Origin: Rhodospirillales bacterium
Lineage (GTDB): Bacteria > Vulcanimicrobiota > Vulcanimicrobiia > Vulcanimicrobiales > Vulcanimicrobiaceae
Direction of reading: 5' to 3'
NCBI GenBank assembly: GCA_043743145.1
Contig: JAYTXC010000067.1
Location: 1-50,251, forward strand
Length of the DNA stretch: 50,251 nucleotides
Below the pieces are notes generated by a model. That model was given only the letters and a program-made list of their open reading frames with translations. It was not told where the DNA came from and did not search any database. The position numbers were made by a program, and so were the translations under genes. Every line of letters starts with the position of its first letter. Position 1 is the stretch's first letter. This document shows, piece by piece, positions 44,341-50,251 of this stretch.

Positions 44341-45014
44341 ACGTTCTGCAGCTCGACGATGCGCGACGCGAAAGGCTGCTCGCCGATGCAAAACGCATCG
44401 CGATTGCGCGCGGCGATTTTCTCTACATGCCCGGCGACGACTCGAACTCCGTCTACGTCGTCGAAAGCGGGCGTGTGAAGATCGTGCGTACGACGGCGAA
44501 CGGATCGGAATCGATCATCGGCATCCGTAATCCGGGCGATCTCTTCGGCGAACTCAGTTGGATGAGTGATGCTGCGAGACGCACGGCGAGCGCCGTCGCA
44601 CTCGACCCGGGATTCGTCACACGCATCGACGCGGTGCAATTCGAACGCCGTTTACGCGACGACGTCGTCGTCTCGGCCGCGTTCGCGCGTGGCATGTCGC
44701 TGCGGCTCGCAATCGTCGAACGCGAACTCACCGAACTCGCGGGGAAGAGCGTACCGGGCCGACTCGTCGATGCCCTCGGGCGGCTCGCGGCCGATCACGG
44801 TGTACGCGAAGCCGACGGCACGCTCCGAATCGCGCTCAGTCTCACGCATAAAGATCTCGCCGATCTCATCGGCACGAGCCGCGAAACGCTCACAAAAGAA
44901 CTCAGTGTGCTCGCCGACGTCGGTTTATTGCGGGTCTCCCATCGCGAGATCGTGCTCGTCCAACCGCAAGCTTTTCCATTCGCACGGCGCAGTACGCCCA
45001 CGACCGAACGCTAG
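44337..45014 (+). CDS. Crp/Fnr-family transcriptional regulator
   Basis: cNMP-binding barrel: FLYMPGDDSNSVYVVESGRVKI...GDLFGELS. C-terminal HTH: SRETLTKELSVLADVGLL. ATGA overlap with the preceding stop. Confidence 0.85.
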   Translation: MNVLQLDDARRERLLADAKRIAIARGDFLYMPGDDSNSVYVVESGRVKIVRTTANGSESIIGIRNPGDLFGELSWMSDAARRTASAVALDPGFVTRIDAVQFERRLRDDVVVSAAFARGMSLRLAIVERELTELAGKSVPGRLVDALGRLAADHGVREADGTLRIALSLTHKDLADLIGTSRETLTKELSVLADVGLLRVSHREIVLVQPQAFPFARRSTPTTER

Positions 45015-45595
45015 GCCGTCGCGCGAGCGCGATTGCGCACGGTTACGTAGATGCGACGCGCGAGCACGACGAGCACGATCGTCAGCGCGATCGCAACGAG
45101 CGCACCGACGAACGGCAAGGCGATGGCAAGCACCGTCGCCCCGAGCGCGAGCACGTCTTCGACGACACTCACGATCGGATTTCCGAGCCCACCGCTCATC
45201 GCGGTCGACGCACCGCGCAACGTCGTAACACCGGCATGTACGCCGAGCGCATTGAACGCACCTAACCCCATCAGCGCGTAGGTGGCGATGTCGGGCGATC
45301 CTCCGGTCGACGGCAGTGCGCTTCCGACGAGGAGCGCGGCCGCGATTGGTTTGGTAGCGAAGTGAATGACGTGCAACGTATGATCGAGGATGGGTACTTT
45401 GTCACCCGCGAATTCGAACAGGGCGAGACCCGCGAGCAACCACGTCGCGCCGTCGCTCCCGAGAAACGCGAACGCGTGCGCGGGATGGAGATAGCCCAGA
45501 TGCATCGCGAGTGATGCGATGGCGAGCACGAGAAATGGGCGCAAGCCGATACTCGTCGAGAGCCCGTAGGCCGTGGCAAAACTCGAACCGTCCAT
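45011..45595 (-). CDS. DUF4126-like integral membrane protein
   Basis: ATG 45595 has GGAGG 7 nt upstream. MDGSSFATAYGLSTSIGLRPFLVLAIASL...FEFAGDKVPILDH. Family name is from memory. The stop overlaps the convergent Crp stop (CTAG). Confidence 0.6.
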   Translation of the reverse strand: MDGSSFATAYGLSTSIGLRPFLVLAIASLAMHLGYLHPAHAFAFLGSDGATWLLAGLALFEFAGDKVPILDHTLHVIHFATKPIAAALLVGSALPSTGGSPDIATYALMGLGAFNALGVHAGVTTLRGASTAMSGGLGNPIVSVVEDVLALGATVLAIALPFVGALVAIALTIVLVVLARRIYVTVRNRARATA

Positions 45596-45725
45596 GGTGG
45601 CACCTCCGAGCCCGGCTCTACCTCGCCGCAAGCCTGAGGTTTCGTCGCGCGCCACCGAATCGTGAAAAGGCGCGAAAGGCGGTCGGGTCGTGCCTTGCTT
45701 CCATCCTCGGTGTCGGACGCGAGCT

Positions 45726-46373
45726 TCACGCGCTTTCGGGCGCAGGCGGCGTTTTCACGGGACGCGGCCGCGACACGGCGGGGAGGCGTTCGAGGAGATC
45801 CGCGTAGACGTCGCGCACCGTGTCGACGAGCGCATCGATCGTGCCGTCATTGTCGATCGTGTAATCGGCGAGTTCACGCGCACGCTCGGGGTCGATTTGC
45901 GCGGCCATGCGTCGTCGTACGTCGTCTTCGGAAAAACCGCTACGCGAAACGACGCGCCCGATACGCGTCTCCTCATCGGCGACGATGAGCACGTTCGCAT
46001 CGCACGTCCGCGAGAAGCCGCCCTCGAAAAGCAACGGCACGTCGTGGATCACGATCTGTTGCGGCCCAGCGGCCGCTTCGCGCGTGGCACCGAGCCGCCG
46101 AACCTCCGGATGCACGATGGCATTGAGGTCGTCGCGCGCTCCCGGATCGTGAAAGATGACGCTCGCGAGCGCCGCACGATCGAGCGAGCCGTCTGGAGCG
46201 ACAACGCCGGGGAACCGCGCGGCGATCGTGCGTAAGCCAGGTGAACCCGGTGCGACCGCCGCGCGCGCGAGCTCGTCGGCGTCCACCACGAGCGCGCCGA
46301 GGACCCCGAAGATTTTGGCGACTTCCGATTTTCCCGAACCGATGCCGCCGGTGAGGCCCACGCGAAGTTTCAC
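45726..46373 (-). CDS. coaE: Dephospho-CoA kinase
   Basis: GTG 46373 (AGAGG 5 nt upstream) gives (M)KLRVGLTGGIGSGKSEVAKIF...VVDADELAR.... P-loop present. The ORF-track start 46589 is an Arg-rich extension. Alternative start GTG 46388. Confidence 0.85.
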   Translation of the reverse strand: MKLRVGLTGGIGSGKSEVAKIFGVLGALVVDADELARAAVAPGSPGLRTIAARFPGVVAPDGSLDRAALASVIFHDPGARDDLNAIVHPEVRRLGATREAAAGPQQIVIHDVPLLFEGGFSRTCDANVLIVADEETRIGRVVSRSGFSEDDVRRRMAAQIDPERARELADYTIDNDGTIDALVDTVRDVYADLLERLPAVSRPRPVKTPPAPESA

Positions 46374-46570
46374 GTCGGCCTCTTCCACGACGCCCGACAC
46401 TTTCGCTTGCCGCACCGTAACGGAACATTTCGTGCGGCGCGTGTTGCGTGAATTCGACGACGACTTGGCGCGCGGCGATCGCACATGACGACCGCAACCT
46501 CGCCCGACGCGCGGTCTTGCGAGCGGAGGAGATTGGCGGGCCCGAGCTCGCGCGCGAATGTGGCTTTCAC
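46370..46570 (-). pseudogene. Remnant of a tautomerase-family gene (5'-truncated, ~80-nt internal deletion, frameshifted)
   Basis: FARELGPANLLRSQDRASGEVAVVMCD matches AFRELGPGNLVRLQDGALRDVVVVMCD of the intact copy at 48331..48732. QVVVEFTQHAPHEMFRYGA follows in another frame. The stop TGA overlaps the coaE GTG (GTGA). Confidence 0.65.
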
Positions 46571-46663
46571 TTCGGTACCGTAGCGACATTATCGACCGCG
46601 GCCCCGATGCCCGGGTCGAAACGTGGGTGACTCGCGGTGCAACCGCAACGTGTTAAAGTGAGC

Positions 46664-47278
46664 ATGGAGCGTTACTATGATCTTGCCTTCGGACCGAGCG
46701 TTCGCGAGGCGCAATCCGAGGATGGCAGCCGCGACCGCTACGCACGCGCCGCCGCTGCGCGACCCGTGCCGCTCGGCCTCGGGCCCGATGAGCGCGCGTT
46801 CGTCGAATCCGTCGACGGCTTCTACCTAGCAACCGCGACGAACGAGGGCTGGCCCTACGTACAGTTTCGCGGTGGGCCGCCGGGCTTTCTCAAGGTCCTC
46901 GACGCAACGACGCTTGCCTTCGCTGACTTTCGCGGAAATCGACAACTCGTAACCGTCGGCAATTCCCGCAAGGACGATCGCGTCTCACTCTTCATCATGG
47001 ATTACGCGAAGAAAGAGCGACTCAAACTCTTCGCGCGCATGAACGTCCGAGATGCGACCGGCGATCCCGAGTTACGCGAACGGCTCGCGATGCCCGGCTA
47101 TCCGGCATCGATCGAACGCCTCATCACCTTCGACGTCGTCGCCTTCGATTGGAATTGCAATCAACACATCCCACAGCGCCACACGCTTCCGGAGATCGAC
47201 GCGCTTACGCGACCGTTACGCGACCGTCTCTCTGGGCTCGAAGCGAGGCTCGCGGAGCTCGGCGAGCCGATGGCTTAG
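46664..47278 (+). CDS. Pyridoxamine 5'-phosphate oxidase-family FMN-binding protein
   Basis: Sequence MERYYDLAFGPSVREAQSEDGSRDRY...GFYLATATNEGWPYVQFRGGPPGFLKVLDATTLAFADFRGNRQ...DWNCNQHIPQR. This is a conserved split-barrel family pattern, recalled from memory. Confidence 0.7.
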   Translation: MERYYDLAFGPSVREAQSEDGSRDRYARAAAARPVPLGLGPDERAFVESVDGFYLATATNEGWPYVQFRGGPPGFLKVLDATTLAFADFRGNRQLVTVGNSRKDDRVSLFIMDYAKKERLKLFARMNVRDATGDPELRERLAMPGYPASIERLITFDVVAFDWNCNQHIPQRHTLPEIDALTRPLRDRLSGLEARLAELGEPMA

Positions 47279-47780
47279 CGTCCCGGCGATCTCTACCCCT
47301 TGCGCCGGTCGCCATCGCGCGTTCGTGAGCGAAACGAGAATGCCGTCGCGCCAGGCATCGTTGAGAAAGAGATAATCACGCGCATGCCCTTCGACGACAA
47401 ATCCGAGCTTTCGTAAAACTTGGCCGCTACGCTCGTTCGTCGAAGGCGTAGCGCACGACAGCCCGCGCGCCTTCCATCGCGTACCCTCGCCCCTCGCGGG
47501 TTGCATCGATCGAATAGCCGAGCATCGCCGATTGCAAAATGCCGCGAAAAATCGAGAGCAGGTCGATCGATCCGACGATATCGTCGCCATCGCGTTCGAT
47601 CGCGTCTCGAATCGACGCTTCGGTCGTCTCCTCGAGCGGACGCGTCGGCATCCATGGGCGTACGTGCTCGTCGTTCCGAGCAACATACGCGAGAAGTGCG
47701 TGGGCATGCGAAACGTATAAATACTCGAGACGGAGTCGCTCCGTAGACAGCGGTTCGCCAGACATACTTCGCGGCATCAT
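47216..47780 (-). pseudogene. GNAT (RimJ/RimL-type) N-acetyltransferase disrupted by an internal deletion and frameshift
   Basis: The N-terminal part (ORF 47427..47873) reads PLSTERLRLEYL...GYSIDATREGRGYAMEGARAVVRYAFDE and then stops. The C-terminal part sits in another frame (ORF 47216..47707) and reads NERSGQVLRKLGFVVEGHARDYLFLNDAWRDGILVSL. The usual ~15 aa between the AF-x-E and N-x-x-S motifs are missing. The start is placed after the terminator at 47804-47834. Confidence 0.55.
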
Positions 47781-47803
47781 GGTGATTTCGTTCGCACCGA
47801 AGG

Positions 47804-47834
47804 AAAAAAAAAGACCGGCATCGCCGTCGGTCTT
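47804..47834 (-). terminator. Rho-independent terminator downstream of the S1-domain ORF
   Basis: The minus strand reads AAGACCG-acggcgatgc-CGGTCTT followed by a T-run (9 consecutive T including 2 in the stem). It lies about 30 nt after the stop at 47866. Confidence 0.7.
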
Positions 47835-47865
47835 TCTCGATTCGAAACGCCACCGATCGTGACGT

Positions 47866-48296
47866 TCATTCATGACCGAACGATTCGGCGGTAACCGGTT
47901 TCATCGGAGAGCCGATCGAGCCGAGGTCGTCGTCGGCCGTCTCGGTTTCGAGTCCTTCTGGCGGGATGTCGGCGACGTGCTGGATCGAACCCGTGATGGG
48001 ACGCGTTGCGTGGTTGATCGTGAGCAGCGTAACTTCGACTTCTTGGCCGAGGCTGTACTGGATCGAGAGGGTTCGAACTCGCCCTCGGGTACCATCGCGA
48101 GCACGCTGCGAATGATCTCGACGAGGAGATAATTCGGCGTGACCTTGACGACTTGCGCGATGAGGCGTTGGCCTTCGACGAGCTCGTCGGCATACTCGAC
48201 CCACGGGTCAAGCGACGCGTACTTGGCGACTTTCGATTTTCCCGATCCGATACCGCCGGTGAGGCCAACGCATCGTTTTACGTTTGGCTCTTCCAC
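47866..48296 (-). pseudogene. Chimeric relic: 5' ~40 codons of a coaE paralog fused to an S1 RNA-binding domain, with a frame break
   Basis: VKRCVGLTGGIGSGKSKVAKY...YADEL parallels the coaE N-terminus, but the GTG start is mutated to GTA. It continues as an S1-like domain, VEGQRLIAQVVKVTPNYLLVEIIRSVLAMVPEGEFE. The rest, RTLSIQYSLGQEVEVTLLTINHATRPITGSIQHV...ESFGHE, is in the -1 frame (ORF 47866..48204). Confidence 0.5.
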
Positions 48297-48330
48297 GACG
48301 CCCCGTGCTTTGGCTCGTGTGTGCTTCTTT

Positions 48331-48732
48331 TCACTCGACGCCGTTCACGTCGCGTTCCGCCGCAGACCACTCCGTAGCGATCGCACCGTAACGGAACATT
48401 TCGTCCGACGCATGCTGGGTGAATTCGACGACGACTTGCAACGCATCGAGCGCGAACGACGACGCAACGAGCGCCACAATTTTTCGCGCGAGTGCCTCTC
48501 GCTGCGCCGCATCGCGACCGCGCCGAATATCACACATAACGACGACGACGTCGCGCAAGGCACCATCTTGCAGACGCACGAGATTGCCGGGACCGAGTTC
48601 GCGAAAAGCGATGCTCGGAACGTGCGATCGTGTCTCCATCGTTCCCGCGTAGAGCGCCGCGAGTTTACGTGCAAACGCGGCCTTTACTTGGGTCGGATAG
48701 GTTTTTGGGAGGTCGATCTGAAGAAACGGCAC
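48331..48732 (-). CDS. Tautomerase-superfamily protein (long, two beta-alpha-beta units)
   Basis: ORF track 48331..48771. GTG 48732 is followed by CCG, giving (M)PFLQIDLPKTYPTQVKAAFARKL..., with the N-terminal Pro expected for 4-OT-family enzymes. The second half reads DVVVVMCDIRRGRDAAQREALARKIVALV...VVVEFTQHASDEMFRYG. Confidence 0.6.
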   Translation of the reverse strand: MPFLQIDLPKTYPTQVKAAFARKLAALYAGTMETRSHVPSIAFRELGPGNLVRLQDGALRDVVVVMCDIRRGRDAAQREALARKIVALVASSFALDALQVVVEFTQHASDEMFRYGAIATEWSAAERDVNGVE

Positions 48733-48888
48733 CGTCATGACCTTGCCGACCGCGGCGTCGATTTCTTTCACAAAAGCCAGCGCCCCGCATTCGGTTCCCG
48801 TTTTTTGAACATGTGTTATCGGGCACGTTGTGGTAAAGCCTCGCCGACGGTGCGAACCGAGATTGTACGGTTGGCGTCACATTGGGGG

Positions 48889-49275
48889 ATGACGACCAAG
48901 CGCCAAGTGCTGCCTTCTATAGAAGGCCATTTTCCGACGACCTCTGCAGAGCTCGATACCCTGCCGTACGGCGTTATCGTGGTCGACACCAACGGCAATG
49001 TGGTCGATTATAATGCGGCCGAAGCGCGGGCGACGGGGTTGGAAAGCGAGCGTGTCGTCGGGCGTAATTTCTTCTCCGACGTGGCGCCGTGCACGCAGGT
49101 CCGAGCGTTCCAGGGCCGCTTCAAAGAATTCGTGTCGCGGAACGTCGTGACGATCGAACCGTTCGAATTTATCTTTCCCTTTGCGAAGGGGCCCGATCGC
49201 GTCTCGATCCTGTTCTATCGCGAGGCGCCGAAGAATGCGACGATTTCCATTATCGTCATGCGTGATGTCGGCTGA
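48889..49275 (+). CDS. pyp: Photoactive yellow protein (PYP) homolog
   Basis: This is the C-terminal 128 aa of ORF 48139..49275. Ours LDTLPYGVIVVDTNGNVVDYNAAEARATGLESERVVGRNFFSDVAPCTQVRAFQGRFKEFV aligns with H. halophila PYP (from memory) [61 protein letters not shown]. The chromophore Cys and the Tyr42/Glu46/Thr50 equivalents are conserved. Confidence 0.8.
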   Translation: MTTKRQVLPSIEGHFPTTSAELDTLPYGVIVVDTNGNVVDYNAAEARATGLESERVVGRNFFSDVAPCTQVRAFQGRFKEFVSRNVVTIEPFEFIFPFAKGPDRVSILFYREAPKNATISIIVMRDVG

Positions 49276-50251
49276 TGCGCGCACGGATTTCCCCCGCCAA
49301 CGCGCTCGCATGCGCCGGAGCCGTTTTGCTCGCCGCCATCGTCACGTTCCTCGCATTCGTGGAAGCATCGCTTGCGTTGCGAGCGACGGCATTCGCGTTG
49401 GCCGTTCTCTGTGCGATCCCAATCGCACTCGTCACGCGCCAGCGCCGCCTTTCGGCGCTTGAGGAAGCCGCGCGACCAACGCAAGAAATGCTCATGCGCA
49501 TGGTCGCCGATCTCGCGAAGCGCACGCTCGCCGTCTCCGAATCGAAACGGACCGCCGATCTCATGATCGATGCCTCGGCGCTCGGAATGCTCGCGCTCGA
49601 CGATTCCTTACGCGTGAAGCGGGGCTATGCGACTTCGATTGAATCGCTTCTCGCCACGAAAGAAATAGCGGGCCGCCCGCTCTTGGATGTGATACGACCG
49701 CTCTTGACCTCGAACGCGCTGCGGGCTACGGCGATCGTTCTGCCCCAGCTCTTCGATGCAAGCGTTGCTAACGAAGTGTTCGACGCGCCGAGCGACCTCG
49801 ATGAAGTCGAATTCATGACAAAAGCTGCAGACGGAACGACGCGGGCACGTTACTTACGGTTCCACTTCGAACGTGTGCGTGAAGACGGCCGAATTCGCGA
49901 TGTCTTCGCCGTCATCGAGGACGTGACCGAACGGGTCCGCATGGAGCGCGAGCTCGCGCAATCACACGTGCACGGCATTCGAAAATCTGCGCTGCTCGAT
50001 CTCGCGTTGCGCATGACATCCGAGCAATTCGGAGCGTTCGTCACGAAGATGCGCGCGCTCGCGGGCGAACTCGGCGATGCGTTGCGCCCGCAAGATTTCG
50101 CCCTCGTCGTTAACGGTCGCACGGGAGAACTCCGCACACGGCTCGATCGCGTCATGCGCATCGCAGGCGAACTCGGGGTCGAGGCGGAGAGCGTCGGCGG
50201 GGAATCATTCATCACCCTCGCGCAAACACTCGATGACGCAGCCGCCGACGC
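49275..50251 (+). CDS. Membrane-anchored PAS-domain signalling protein (partial; runs off the window; not in the ORF track)
   Basis: Own translation from ATG 49275, which overlaps the pyp stop as TGATG. It reads MRARISPANALACAGAVLLAAIVTFLAFVEASLALRATAFALAVLCAIPIALVTRQRR (2 TM). A PAS-like region follows: DLMIDASALGMLALDDSLRVKRGY...RYLRFHFERVREDGRIRDVFAVIEDVTERVRMEREL. Then comes a helical segment. The frame is open to 50251. Confidence 0.7.
   Translation, partial: MRARISPANALACAGAVLLAAIVTFLAFVEASLALRATAFALAVLCAIPIALVTRQRRLSALEEAARPTQEMLMRMVADLAKRTLAVSESKRTADLMIDASALGMLALDDSLRVKRGYATSIESLLATKEIAGRPLLDVIRPLLTSNALRATAIVLPQLFDASVANEVFDAPSDLDEVEFMTKAADGTTRARYLRFHFERVREDGRIRDVFAVIEDVTERVRMERELAQSHVHGIRKSALLDLALRMTSEQFGAFVTKMRALAGELGDALRPQDFALVVNGRTGELRTRLDRVMRIAGELGVEAESVGGESFITLAQTLDDAAAD

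Noticed and set aside
48060-48100. Programmed -1 ribosomal frameshift joining the two halves of the S1 domain.
   Set aside because: No X-XXY-YYZ slippery heptamer is present at the junction (sequence GAGTTCGAACCCTCT), and no obvious downstream structure was seen. A 1-nt deletion or an assembly indel is the simpler explanation.
48772-48888. Sigma70-type promoter for pyp (TTGAAC ... TGGTAA/TAAAGC) in the divergent region.
   Set aside because: Spacing between the candidate -35 and any acceptable -10 hexamer is 18-23 nt, with poor -10 matches. It is not convincing enough to report as a feature.
1-50251. Search for CRISPR arrays, tRNA/rRNA genes, IS elements, integrases, phage genes, toxin-antitoxin pairs or known defence-system genes.
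   Set aside because: No regularly spaced direct repeats, cloverleaf-compatible intergenic segments, transposase or recombinase motifs, or small paired ORFs were seen. Intergenic space is almost nil outside 45.6-48.9 kb. This was a by-eye scan only, so covariance-model and HMM searches would be needed to be definitive.

Overview
High-GC (roughly two-thirds G+C by eye), very gene-dense chromosomal window from a diderm bacterium: LptD-like, LptF/G, Lnt and a TonB-dependent-type barrel are all present. The core is a minus-strand dcw (division/cell-wall) cluster, mraZ-rsmH-ftsL-ftsI-murE-murF-[CofE-like ORF]-mraY-murD-ftsW-murG-murC-murB-ddl (34.8 to 19.7 kb). Instead of ftsQAZ it continues directly into a PAS-PP2C-RsbW-like sensor gene, then a citrate synthase / hisB / citrate synthase / hisH / hisA block (19.7 to 13.2 kb). 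Most junctions in this run are 4-nt ATGA/GTGA overlaps. The left end (1-11.1 kb, minus) holds an Oar-like TonB-dependent barrel, a large MalT/LAL-type STAND regulator carrying both SARP and LuxR DNA-binding domains, and three lipoprotein genes, two of them tandem paralogs. Right of dcw (35-42.3 kb) are envelope genes: SLT lipoprotein, LptF/G, LptD-like, a lipoprotein, lnt and an LptC-like gene. These are followed by a KGG-repeat stress protein, D-aminoacylase, a Crp-family regulator, a DUF4126-like protein and coaE. The 45.7-48.8 kb stretch shows a diverged segmental duplication and three decayed genes. The right edge carries a photoactive yellow protein (PYP) homolog coupled to a membrane PAS sensor. 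No rRNA, tRNA, CRISPR array, transposase or integrase was recognised. Many long ORFs in the track are antisense or alternate-frame artefacts of the high GC content. Several true starts are internal to the listed ORFs, and two edge-open genes are absent from the track.
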